DNA of 64,000 nt from Eubacteriales bacterium (lineage in GTDB: Bacteria; Bacillota; Clostridia; Oscillospirales; SIG627). Within the stretch, counting starts at the first letter, position 1, and each line of letters opens with the position of its first letter. Location of the stretch: contig JAZSON010000029.1 in NCBI GenBank assembly GCA_045536965.1, positions 72,052 to 136,051 on the forward strand, read 5' to 3'. The notes beneath the pieces were generated by a model. It worked only from the letters and a program-made list of their open reading frames with translations, did not search any database and was not told the DNA's origin. Of this stretch, positions 26,431-36,750 are shown one piece after another. A program made the translations under genes and the position numbers.

Positions 26431-29400
26431 ATGAAACACACAAACAAGCGTATTCTCTCATTTGTGTTGTCTGCTCTCATGCTTCTTTCTTTGCTTCCTG
26501 CAGGTATCCTTGCGGGTGCGGTTGATGCCATGAATGCAGAAAATACCGTTTATGTCGATCAGAGCAAAGGTTCTGATTCCAACAACGGTACCGAATCCAA
26601 TCCCGTCAAAACCATCGAAAAGGCTGTTGCGTTGCTTGAAGCAGGCGATAAGACTGCCGATGGCTACATCTATCTTGTCGGTGATTATACGGCTGTATAT
26701 GATTGTACTGAGACATCTCAGAATATCTCTCTTGTGCCGGTTCATACCCGTCATATCATTATCACGGGTGATTCCGACAGCAAGCCCACTTGGACCGTGA
26801 AAATCCATTGCTCTACTTTGGCTACTTATATGGATGTTACCGCTGACAACAAAATGAGACAAGGTATGAACGGTGTTAGATATTTAAACAACGGACCACT
26901 TACCTTGGACTTTATCAAAATGTATTCGACGGTAGATGAAACCAACGCCATCATCTTCCCCCAAGATATCGAATACACCTTTAAGGATACGCATGCAAAC
27001 GAAAAATATAAAGCATTTGCCGGCTATAAATTTGTATTTAAGCAAGGCGAACCGCTTTAGAAAGAATATGACTTTGCAATCGATGCCAACAACCCCGGTT
27101 ATCTCAAAGATGTTACCGATCGCTCGAAATATTCGGATAAATATTGCGTTTTTATCAATGACTTGCGTTGGGCTCCCAATGCCTATTTGGGACTGACCGA
27201 AAATGTCGAGATTTCTTATAATAAAACGCCTGATTACGATCGTAAAAATGCGGCATTCCCTGTCATGGACAATGCATACTGCCTGCCTATTTCTCAGCTC
27301 TACTTCCAGGCCTATGCTTCCGCTGATATTTACACCGATATTTTTGATGGCAACAGAGGTACCATTTGGGTCATGTCCGCATCCTATGGTGTAACCCATG
27401 CTTCTGAAATCGTCCTCACCATCGGTCCCAAGGTAGGAGATGCTTCTACTGTCGATCTTTATTCTCCTGCTAAAAATGTTCCCGCTTCCACCAAAGTAAC
27501 TTATGTCATTGAAAAACCCGATTTCGTAATCAATCAGCCTTTTTATGAGTCGACCGAGTCTCCTGCTATTAAATGTGACTATTCACTTGTCATCAAAGCA
27601 CCCGGCGTTACTCTAAAAGATGGTAAACAGTTGACCACTTCCGCCACTGCTGCGGGGTGCGGCACCTATAACCTTGTAATTGAAAATCCTGCCAAAAATT
27701 TGAATGACGGTCTTTTGCGTTCGGGTTTCTATTCGTTGTATTTCAAAGAAGTCGGCGGTACCCTTTCCTTTGACTTTGCCTCCTTGCCCCAGGTTGGTTA
27801 TCAAGTTATTCGCTTCAACGAAGGGGATAGTCTTGATTTGACAGATACTTTGGATAGAGAAATCATGCTTGACATTGTCAAGGCCGGTAAAGAATTTTCA
27901 AATGACTCCTTCGAAGTGATCTATAGCGACGATGATTCCCTCCTTGAGTTCATCACCCTCACCGAAGAAGCCGATAAGATCGGTTCTTTGGTGTATTCTG
28001 AAGACGATGGTGTGGTTTACTACCAGTTGGATCGCGGCACCGTCTCCTTCAACAAAGGCGATATTGATGAAGATGTTGCAATGCCCGCAACCACCAAAGA
28101 AGTTTTGACAGGTAAGACCATTACCCTTCCCACTCCCGCCACTACCACTCTTGCAAACGGCAAAAAATTCTCGGGGTGGAAAAATGAGGCAGGTAAATTC
28201 TTTGCCGCAGGTTCGGAATATACCATTTCCGTCAATGGTAACGAAACCCTCACCGCTGTTTGGGGACTTGCGTTCTCCTTTGTTACAGGTTATGAAAATT
28301 CCGATGCCACTCCTGTTGTACAAAATGAAATTTTGGTTGGTGTTGGCGAAAAGTTTGTTCTTCCCAACATCCGCGGCACCATCGTCAACGATGGAAAATA
28401 TGACCTCGTATTCTACGGTTGGAATGTAAACGGCAATATCCGTTTTGCAGGGGAGACCCTTGTAATGGATGGAACCGGCCTTTCCGCCACCGCTGTTTGG
28501 GTTCCTGCTTTCTATGTGGCTCCTTCCTTCACAGGCGAATCCGACGGCACTTTCGACGCTCCCTATAAGTCGGTTGTTGAAGCCCAGCACAACATCAAGG
28601 TTTTCTTTGAGAATGCTCAAAATAAGGCTGCTTATGCGGCCGGTGCGATTGTTTTGAAAGAAGATGCTGTTTTGGATTGGACGCCCGCAGGCCCCAATTC
28701 TTCCTTCGGCGGTGTCACCTATTATACCACCAAAGGTTTGGCTGTTGAAATCGGAGCTCCCATACTTTTTGTCGGTATCACCAGCGACGTTTCTTTGACA
28801 CTTTTCAACTCTTCGACTCAAAATGACTTTACCATTGGAAAATCTCTTCTCTTTGACTATCTTGTACTTCGCTCCATTTGTCGTTATAACCCGATCCGTG
28901 TGCACACAACGGGTGGCTCTGAATTGTCTCCCGCTATGCTGTACTTCGGTCCTGCCTTGACCACCTCCGTTCCTACAACGGCTCTGCCCGCTGAATATGC
29001 ATCTTTGACAACCCATGTTTGGGCTCGTTTCCTCATTGAGCCTAATACCATGACGAACGTGCACATTTATGGCGGTGATAGTTGGTATGGTGTTTATGCC
29101 TGCAACTCCAAGTCCTCCACCAACACCTATATCGGTTCTCACGGCGACGACACTTACCCCGTTGTTCCTGTCGCGCAAATCGTCAACTCAACGACTCTTT
29201 CCGAAAACGTATGGAATTATTATCAGTACGGCGGCGTAGTAACCAAGTTGAATACAGGTCTTCAAGCAAGCGGCAAACCCGCTGTGAATGAGGGTGTTGT
29301 CAACATGTATTTCTATGGCGGTGTTGTCACCACGTTCATGGACGGTTTGGACTACTCTGCTGCGACAAATTCCCGCAATCCTTCTCCTATCAAGAGAAAC

Positions 29401-31615
29401 ATGTATTTTGAAAACTTCAACGGCACGATTTACACCACCCATGTCAACCCTGAAATTCGCATCACCTCCGCAGCTTATGGAGATGCCTACTATAAATTGG
29501 TAAGTGGCACCTATTACTATTCTGCTATTTCTCCCAACGCGATTGATTCCGCCACATTCGTCAATAGTAATGTTACCTTCACGGGTAGCGGCCTGAATCT
29601 CCGTGCGGGCGCAGAAGTGACCTATCGTCAGGATGAAACCTCGGTAGTAACAGGTACCATCGTCGCGACCAAAGATATTTTCAAAGAAGATGAAAATACC
29701 CCCAACAAATTCAATCCCGTCACGGTAGCTCTTCCCGATTTTTCTGGTGCTGTTTCCTATACCTTCAACGGTTCTGCATGGAAACAGACGATGTCTGTGA
29801 ACTATGTAACAGGTTATGATCAAATCAAGGTCACCCAGTCAACCGAAGGTATGGCGGGTTCTCAGATTGCTCTGTCCGATGAACTTCGCGGACAAACCGT
29901 CACTGTCGGCGGACAAGAAATGACTTTCTATGGTTGGATGATCAACGGCAAGTTCTATGATGCAGGCGATTTGGCAGAAATGTCTGAATCGGGTTTGACT
30001 GCCACCGCTGTTTGGGTACCCGTTATCTTTGTTGACGGCGTATCGGGCAACGATGAAACTGCAGACGGCACCAAAACCCTTTAAGACTGTAAACCTTGCT
30101 CACAAGGCGCTCGGTGATTTGTTGGATGCCCGCGGTAATACCGATGTAGCAGGTTCGATTCTTCTTCTCGATGATACTACTGTGACACCCGCGGATGGAA
30201 CCAATTTTAAAAACTCAGGTTCTTCCGATGTTGTACTTGCAGCTTTGGGTGTTCCCGTTCTCTTCACCGCAGAAGATCCCGACACCCTCCTCGTTTTCAA
30301 TACCTTGGCAAGAATTCAAATGCTGTTACTTGATTCTACCCTCTTTGACAACATTTCTGTTGCGGTTGCAACCGATTATGCAACTGATCCCACCCTTTAT
30401 GTTCGTGTCTATCCCTCCAAAGATTTTTATTTTGGTCCGATGGTAAAAACCCCTGTTCTTGGTGATGGTTCTACCCACGATACATGGCTCTTGGATGGTG
30501 ATAATGTAGCTCTCAATTCGGTTGATTATAAGATCTATAACGGCGATTTTGAGTATATTATGCTGGGCGATTCCTCTTCTACCCAAGCCAAAGTTGTCAA
30601 TCTGCATTTCGGTAATGGTACCGTCGATTCCAAACCTTATGCAAAACAACTGTACACAACGGGTCTGTCCAATGTTAATAGTGTGATCACCGCCCAATTC
30701 CGTTCGGGCACTGTTTACGACTTGCGTTTGGGCAAAGCTTCCAACAAAGTTGGTAAGATTTTCTCGGGCGACTTGATTTACAGAGTATATAGTGGTGTGT
30801 CAATCAATCAAATTGTTGACTATACCACCAATGCTCTCGGTGACAAAGACTTCTTTGGTAATATGGCGAGAACCCTCGTTTTCGATGGTTATGTCGGCTC
30901 TATCAAATATGTTCACGGTCCTGCCGATGCAGCTGTTAACGGTGATAATGGCGGTATTCCCAATGGTTTGGATGCCATCGCATTTTTAAACGGCGCCAAC
31001 GTTACCTTCACCGAAAATGCTGTTCGTGTAGTATCCCGCTCCAATGGTTTTGGTAATGTCTATGTAGACGAAACCTCCTCTTTCGGTGGTCTTGGTATTG
31101 TTGGTTCTTACTATGACACCGATTTGCAAAAACAGGTCAATGGTTCCGCTTTGGAAGCAACTTCGGGTACTCTCTACACTTGGCATGGTTCGGGCTGGAT
31201 GACCGACATCTACGGCAAGTCGCTGGGTGCTCAGGTTCGTGTGGAAGCTCCCTATGGTATCCGTTTTGGCTTCATGGGTTCTACCGCCGCACTCGAAGCC
31301 ATGGTTGGTCAAAAGGTTACAGAAAAAGGCGTGCTGATTATCCGCAGCTCTCTCTTGGCCGGCGATTTGACTCTCGAAACCGAAAACTCCCTCAAGATTG
31401 TTGCGAATAAAGCCTTTAGCTTAACCCACCCCAACCTCTTCACGGGTGTTTTAGTTGATACCGCCGATGCTTCTGCTTCTTCCGAAGCTTGGTTGCAAGA
31501 ATGGAAGAATGTTAACTTCACCGCTCGTGCATACTTTACTCTTGCGGATGGTTCTGTGATTTACACTGATACCGACACAACTACTATCCAAGATGTATTG
31601 AATGCCCTTAACTAA
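26431..31615 (+). pseudogene. Cassette D giant secreted protein, disrupted by an in-frame TAG and one frameshift
   Basis: AGGAGG SD and an intact signal peptide. TAG at 27058-27060 replaces the Tyr codon seen in paralogs (YLYKKYD / YLYKIYD versus PL*KEYD), and the same frame continues. A frameshift at about 30070-30080 falls inside the conserved ADGT..KP(Y/F) cap motif. No sORF follows. Confidence 0.75.
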
Positions 31616-31640
31616 AGTTTTGTTGGCCTTATAACAATTT

Positions 31641-31675
31641 GCGGGCGTGTTCGATGAACACGCCCGCGTATTTTT
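31641..31675 (+). terminator. Rho-independent terminator ending the array
   Basis: Arms gcgggcgtgttc/gaacacgcccgc, then a T-run. Confidence 0.8.
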
Positions 31676-31676
31676 A

Positions 31677-31706
31677 TAAAAAAACCGCGCGAATTTCTTC
31701 GCGCGG
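31677..31706 (-). terminator. Rho-independent terminator for the minus-strand gene 31721-32911
   Basis: Hairpin ccgcgcgaa/ttcgcgcgg. On the minus strand it is followed by a T-run (the plus-strand A-run at 31677-31684). Confidence 0.7.
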
Positions 31707-31720
31707 TTTTGGTGTTTTGT

Positions 31721-32911
31721 TTATGCGGTATAGTTATCAAAATAACCTTGAACCAAGACGATGGGAGTACCTTTGTCACCACTGCCTGAGGTCAAATCGC
31801 AGAGAGAACCGATCAAGTCGGTGAGACGGCGAGGGGTGGTTCCTTGGGAAACCATTTTGCCCATGAGGTTATCGTCTTTTTTGCGGATGTAATCCGAAAT
31901 AGCTTGCTTGAGAGCATCGCCCGAAAGGTTGGCAAAATCGTTATCGGCCAAATATTTCAATTTTACTTCATTAGGAACGCCGACAAGACCTTCAGTAAAT
32001 GCAGGGGAGACAACGGGGTCAGCAAGCTCCCAAATTTTACCGACGGGATCTTTGAATGCGCCGTCGCCGTAAATCATGGCTTCAACCTTTTTACCCGTTG
32101 CTTCGAAGATAGCCGATTGAATGCGGTCGACAACTTCCTGACCATCGCGAGGGAAGAGCTTGACGGTATGTTCGGTGGCTTTGTTGCTGCCGAGAAGTCC
32201 GTAATTTTCATTATAGCCGCTGTTTTCCACAGAAGCGGTGAGAATATCATCCAAACCATAAACGAGTTTTGCACCGGCTGCTTTGAGCAGGCGTTTGGTT
32301 CTTTTTCTGGTGTGAATGTCACAGCAAAGAACATGATCGGTGTAAGAAAGGATAGAGCGGCAATCGTTAGCAAGGATGATTTCGCAAGCACAACCGGTCG
32401 ATGTAATCAATTCTTTATAGTAGGCGATGTAATCCACCTTGGTAAAGGGGTGGACGCTTTCGCCAAACAGTTCGCGGTATTTCTTTTCGGTCAGAACTTC
32501 GGTGGCGAATTGAACACCCTTTTCGTCGAGCAGGTCTATATCAAGCAGGTGATTGCCGACCTCGTCCGAGGGATAACTGAGCATGAGCACGATTTTTTTT
32601 GCGCCCATGGCAATACCTTTCAGACAAACAGCAAAACGGTTGCGGCTGAGAATCGGGAAAATAACACCGATGGTTGCATCACCGAATTTTGTCTTAATAT
32701 CGGTAGCGATTTGCTTGGTTGAGGCATAATTTCCTTGTGCGCGGGCAACGACGGCTTCGGTTACAGCGATAACATCGCGGTCTCTCAAATCAAAGCCTTC
32801 GGATTTAGATGCTGCCAGCACGCTGTCAACGACGATCTTTGCGATGTCATCACCCTCGCGGATGATAGGTGCGCGTACGCCGCGGGAAACAGTGCCGATG
32901 AGTCTCTCCAT
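31721..32911 (-). CDS. CofE-like protein (F420-0:gamma-glutamyl ligase family domain)
   Basis: N-terminal pattern GVRAPIIREGDDI......L.DRDVIAVTEAVVARAQG is typical of the F420_ligase fold. Confidence 0.5.
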   Translation of the reverse strand: MERLIGTVSRGVRAPIIREGDDIAKIVVDSVLAASKSEGFDLRDRDVIAVTEAVVARAQGNYASTKQIATDIKTKFGDATIGVIFPILSRNRFAVCLKGIAMGAKKIVLMLSYPSDEVGNHLLDIDLLDEKGVQFATEVLTEKKYRELFGESVHPFTKVDYIAYYKELITSTGCACEIILANDCRSILSYTDHVLCCDIHTRKRTKRLLKAAGAKLVYGLDDILTASVENSGYNENYGLLGSNKATEHTVKLFPRDGQEVVDRIQSAIFEATGKKVEAMIYGDGAFKDPVGKIWELADPVVSPAFTEGLVGVPNEVKLKYLADNDFANLSGDALKQAISDYIRKKDDNLMGKMVSQGTTPRRLTDLIGSLCDLTSGSGDKGTPIVLVQGYFDNYTA

Positions 32912-33048
32912 AAAAATCTTCCTTTACAAAAGTATATGAGTTTATCCAACAGCGTACAGTATACAACATTTTCGAGAGAAATTCAAGCATTTTATGTATT
33001 TTTTGCATTGTTTTTGTAACTTTTTATAAGAATGATCGTATGTATGAC

Positions 33049-33077
33049 TTGACATAACCGTTTGAATTTGTTATACT
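33049..33077 (+). promoter_or_regulatory. Promoter for the epimerase/aldolase-like operon
   Basis: TTGACA (33049-33054), 17-nt spacer, TATACT (33072-33077). Confidence 0.6.
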
Positions 33078-33092
33078 TATAATGTTAAGGTC

Positions 33093-33106
33093 TGTACATA
33101 TGTACA
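33093..33106. promoter_or_regulatory. Candidate operator: perfect 14-bp palindrome TGTACATATGTACA
   Basis: The sequence is exactly self-complementary and starts 16 nt downstream of the -10 hexamer. Confidence 0.4.
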
Positions 33107-33154
33107 AGTTATTTTTTGTATGAAAGGACGCTTGTTTTGAGCGGGTGTAAATTC

Positions 33155-34171
33155 ATGTTGAATGAAGCAAAACTTGATCAAATGCTGACGACCCCTTCTG
33201 TGCGGTTAATCGAAGATGTTAAAAAAATCAAAGGTGATCTGATTATTTTAGGTGCAGGCGGTAAGATGGGTCCTACCTTGGCCATCCTTGCCAAGAATGC
33301 CTTTGAAGCGGCAGGTTGTTCCAACCGTGTTATTGCCGTATCCCGTTTTTCCGATCCCTTTGCCGTGAAACTTCTCAATGATAACAAAGTTGAATGCATT
33401 TCGTGCGACATGATGGAGCATGGTGCGGTTGATAAACTGCCTGATTGCGAAAACGTAATTTATATGGCAGGTAAAAAATTCGGTACTTCGGCTAACAGTG
33501 CCCCCACTTGGGCAATGAACGCTTGGCTCCCCGCTTTGGTTGCGGAGCGCTATAAGAAGTCTAACATCGTTGTCTTTTCTTCGGGTAATATTTATCGTTT
33601 CTGCCCCATCGCTCAGTGTGGCGCTTCCGAGAATTCTCCCGTTGAGCCCATCGGTGAATATGCGCAGAGCGTTCTCGCCCGTGAAAAAATGTTTGAATAT
33701 GGTTCCATGACTTATGGTACCAAAACTTTGATGTATCGTCTGTCCTATGCATGTGATATGCGTTATGGCGTATTGCACGATATCGCACAACATGTATTGA
33801 AGGATGAGCCCGTTGCGCTCGATCCCACTGCATTTGCTTGCATTTGGCAGGGCGATGCCAACGAGATTGCAATTAGAAGTTTATTGCATTGCGATGAAAC
33901 TGCTCCCAAATTGGTTGTATCCGGTCCCGAATGCGTTTCCATTCGTAAGACCGCTCTCCGCTTTGGCGAACTGTTCGGCAAAAAAGTCACCTTTACAGGT
34001 GAAGAACAGCCCAACGCTCTCTTGGTGGATGCTTCTCGTTGTTGCCAGATCATGGGTTACCCCTCTGTAACCGTTGCCCAGATGATCGAATGGCAAGCTG
34101 AATACCTGCTCGGCGGCGGCAGAACCTTAAATAAGCCGACCCACTATGAAGAAAGAAAAGGTGATTATTAA
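33155..34171 (+). CDS. NAD(P)-dependent epimerase/dehydratase-family oxidoreductase
   Basis: Rossmann motif ILGAGGKMG near the N-terminus. The start is uncertain: ATG at 33155, or TTG at 33137 with a GAAAGGA SD. Confidence 0.6.
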   Translation: MLNEAKLDQMLTTPSVRLIEDVKKIKGDLIILGAGGKMGPTLAILAKNAFEAAGCSNRVIAVSRFSDPFAVKLLNDNKVECISCDMMEHGAVDKLPDCENVIYMAGKKFGTSANSAPTWAMNAWLPALVAERYKKSNIVVFSSGNIYRFCPIAQCGASENSPVEPIGEYAQSVLAREKMFEYGSMTYGTKTLMYRLSYACDMRYGVLHDIAQHVLKDEPVALDPTAFACIWQGDANEIAIRSLLHCDETAPKLVVSGPECVSIRKTALRFGELFGKKVTFTGEEQPNALLVDASRCCQIMGYPSVTVAQMIEWQAEYLLGGGRTLNKPTHYEERKGDY

Positions 34172-35229
34172 TGTCTCGTTTCGATAAAGTAAAAGAAATT
34201 TTGCATGATGGTGTTGTTATTCCCGCTACACCTCTCGCGCTTCATGCCGACCGCTCCTTCAATCCCGAAGGACAGGCTACTCTTTGCCGCTACTATTTGG
34301 ATTGCGGTGTTGGCGGTATCGCAACGGCTGTACATACTACTCAGTTTGAAATTCGCAACCCCGAATACAATTTGTATGATACCGTTTTGAAGATCATGGC
34401 CGATGAAATCGATGCCTATGAAGCCAAAACAGGTAAGATCGTTGTAAAAGTTGCAGGCGTTTGCGGCAAGATTCCCCAAGCGATCAGCGAAGCAAAAATT
34501 GCAAAGAGCCTCGGTTTTGACTGCGTATTGCTCAGCCCCGGCGGTCTTTCTGATCTTTCTGAAGATGAAATGATTGAGCGTACCAAAGCAGTTGCCGAGA
34601 TCATGCCCGTTATCGGTTTCTATCTCCAACCTGCTGCAGGCGGCCGTATTTTCAGCTATAACTACTGGGAACGTCTCTGCGCTTGCGAAGGTGTTGTCGC
34701 TATCAAATGCGCTTCCTTCAACCGTTATCAGACTCTCGACGTTATGCGTGCGGCAGCTTTGTCTCCTCGCAGCAAAGAGATTGCTCTCTATACCGGTAAT
34801 GATGACAACATCGTTATCGATCTGTTGACTCCTTACAAATTTGTTGTCGCCGGAAAAGAATACACTTCTCATTTTGTTGGCGGACTTCTCGGTCACTGGA
34901 CTGTTTGGACCAAAAAAGTGGTTGAAATGCATGCCATGCTGAAAGAAGCTGCCAAAAAAGATACCATTCCCGTTGAACTTTTGACTTTGGCTACCCATGT
35001 TACCGATATGAACGCCGCCCTGTTTGATGCCGCCAACGGCTTTGCAGGTTGCGTACCCGGTGTTCATGAGGTGCTCGTGCGTCAGGGTTTGATGGAGGGT
35101 ACTTGGTGCTTGAATCCCGATGAAAAACTCAGCAAGGGTCAACCCGAAGAACTCACCCGTGTTTGCGAATATTACCCCGATCTCGTTGATGATGCTTTTA
35201 TTGCAGCACATCTGCCTGAATGGAGATAA
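34171..35229 (+). CDS. TIM-barrel aldolase-like protein (DapA/DUF993-like family, uncertain)
   Basis: The start overlaps the upstream stop (TAATG), so the two genes are translationally coupled. The ORF is long and uninterrupted. The family call rests on weak pattern resemblance only. Confidence 0.4.
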   Translation: MSRFDKVKEILHDGVVIPATPLALHADRSFNPEGQATLCRYYLDCGVGGIATAVHTTQFEIRNPEYNLYDTVLKIMADEIDAYEAKTGKIVVKVAGVCGKIPQAISEAKIAKSLGFDCVLLSPGGLSDLSEDEMIERTKAVAEIMPVIGFYLQPAAGGRIFSYNYWERLCACEGVVAIKCASFNRYQTLDVMRAAALSPRSKEIALYTGNDDNIVIDLLTPYKFVVAGKEYTSHFVGGLLGHWTVWTKKVVEMHAMLKEAAKKDTIPVELLTLATHVTDMNAALFDAANGFAGCVPGVHEVLVRQGLMEGTWCLNPDEKLSKGQPEELTRVCEYYPDLVDDAFIAAHLPEWR

Positions 35230-35243
35230 ATAATTGAATTGAA

Positions 35244-35277
35244 ATAGCCGCGACAATATGTCGCGGCTATTTTTTTA
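35244..35277. terminator. Bidirectional rho-independent terminator
   Basis: Arms atagccgcgac/gtcgcggctat followed by a 7-T run. It sits between convergent genes. Confidence 0.75.
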
Positions 35278-36699
35278 ATTTGTTTCTTTACCTTGGGTTG
35301 AGCGGAAAAACAGTCGAAAAAAAACCTTGTGATTATACGGATAAATTGGATAGAGATAACTTCTGTTTTCAATGGTTTTTGTTTTCAATAAGACAACTGC
35401 AATCAAAAGCAACCCACTCAACAGCCCGAAAATTTGAAACAAAGATACCAAAATAATCAAAAGAAGCCGAGCAAATTTTGAACTGTATCCAAGCTCATAA
35501 TTTGCAGGAATGAAATTGGAGAGTGCGGTGAAAGCGGCGCAAAGTATGGTATCGGGAACAAACCAACCCGCTTTTACAGCAAAATCCCCAAGTAAGAGAC
35601 CGCCGACCACACTCAAAGAATTAGAGAGTGTTGAGGGGGTATTTAGCGATGCAATTTTAATTCCGTCGATTGCGAACTCTAAAATGAGAAGCTGTGTGAA
35701 TATCGGGATGGTGTAAGAATCGGTTACATCTAAAAATGATAGAGAATCGGGCAAAATATCCCGATATTCAAAGGATAAAAGCCAAAGCGGCGCCAACATG
35801 ATAGAACCAATAAAAATAATAAAACGTATAATCCGAAGATAACTTCCGGTAAACGGTGGAAAATAATAGTCTTCGGTTTCTTCAAAAAAATCATAAATAC
35901 ATACAGGTAATACAATGACCGCAGGGGAAGCATCGGTTAAGATCAAAATTTTCCCTTCTGTGAGTTGTGCAACGGCAGTATCAGGGCGTTCTATATAACG
36001 TACTCGTGGGAGCGGATTCCATTTTGCCCAAAATTTGTTTTTAAAAAACAAGTGTTCTGTGATGGTTTCTTGTGACATGGTAAGATACTGCATTTTTAAT
36101 CCTTTTAGTTTTTCTCGCAAATCACTTACAAACTTTTGATCGACTTGTCCATCAAGATACGCCATGATCACATCGGTTTTAGCGCTGATTCCCAGCGGGA
36201 TTTTTTCAAAAATCAGAGATGGCGTGGTGAGTCTTCGACGAATGAGGATGGTATTTTGTAAAATATTTTCCACAAATCCTTCGTGTGGACCTCTGAGTGT
36301 ACGGTTTTTTTCAGGTTCTTTGGTCTCTTTTTGAGGATACATGCGAATATCAAGTATTAAAATATCGCTAAATCCATCCATTAAAAGAATAGCCATTCCT
36401 TTTAGTATGGCATCCATGGCAACAGTTACATCTTCGGTGGATGAAAATGAGATTTGCGGTATAAATTGCGTGGCCATGTCAAAAGTGTTTTGAATGCTTT
36501 CAGAGATGTCTTGTGGCTTGATTTTAATGAGGGTCTCGTGAATCTTAATCAAACTTTCCACTCTGACAAATCCGTCTATATAGTAGTAGGCAGCATTTTT
36601 ACCGCCTGTCTGCATGCGGGTTTGAATAACATCAAAATTTATATTTCTGTTGAGTCGGGTATCCAATGTGTATAATTGTTCAGAGAAAGATGGCTGCAT
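35275..36699 (-). CDS. Spore germination protein, GerA family (A subunit-like)
   Basis: The N-terminal soluble region (YYIDGF..., ILLMDG) and C-terminal multi-TM region are typical of GerAA/GerKA/SpoVAF. No B or C subunit genes are adjacent. Confidence 0.75.
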   Translation of the reverse strand: MQPSFSEQLYTLDTRLNRNINFDVIQTRMQTGGKNAAYYYIDGFVRVESLIKIHETLIKIKPQDISESIQNTFDMATQFIPQISFSSTEDVTVAMDAILKGMAILLMDGFSDILILDIRMYPQKETKEPEKNRTLRGPHEGFVENILQNTILIRRRLTTPSLIFEKIPLGISAKTDVIMAYLDGQVDQKFVSDLREKLKGLKMQYLTMSQETITEHLFFKNKFWAKWNPLPRVRYIERPDTAVAQLTEGKILILTDASPAVIVLPVCIYDFFEETEDYYFPPFTGSYLRIIRFIIFIGSIMLAPLWLLSFEYRDILPDSLSFLDVTDSYTIPIFTQLLILEFAIDGIKIASLNTPSTLSNSLSVVGGLLLGDFAVKAGWFVPDTILCAAFTALSNFIPANYELGYSSKFARLLLIILVSLFQIFGLLSGLLLIAVVLLKTKTIENRSYLYPIYPYNHKVFFRLFFRSTQGKETN

Positions 36700-36738
36700 A
36701 AAAAACCTCCCTTTGGCAAGTAGTATGCCAAAGGGAGG
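36700..36738 (-). terminator. Rho-independent terminator after transketolase genes (overlaps the gerA SD)
   Basis: 13-bp arms (plus strand cctccctttggca/tgccaaagggagg). On the minus strand the T-run runs directly into the gerA-family ATG. Confidence 0.65.
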
Positions 36739-36750
36739 GAGAAAAAATGC

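Larger units (their letters stand above)
11268..31675 (+). repeat. Tandem array of four paralogous cassettes (promoter + giant secreted protein gene, with or without a 39-aa sORF, + terminator)
   Basis: Four head-to-tail units start at about 11268, 15097, 20782 and 26344. They share signal peptides (MK.TNKRILSFVLSALML.SLLPAG), a shared module order and homologous C-termini. Long DNA stretches are near-identical between units. Confidence 0.9.

Noticed and set aside
27058-27060. The in-frame TAG of cassette D as pyrrolysine or programmed readthrough.
   Set aside because: No pyl genes or methylamine methyltransferases are in view. The codon replaces an ordinary conserved Tyr (a one-base change), and the same gene carries an independent frameshift. 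Simple pseudogenisation is the more economical explanation.
11268-31675. Diversity-generating retroelement (template/variable repeat) as an explanation for the repeated, diverged segments.
   Set aside because: No reverse transcriptase gene is present in the window. Differences between copies are spread over all four bases rather than being adenine-specific, and they extend over whole genes rather than a short C-terminal VR.
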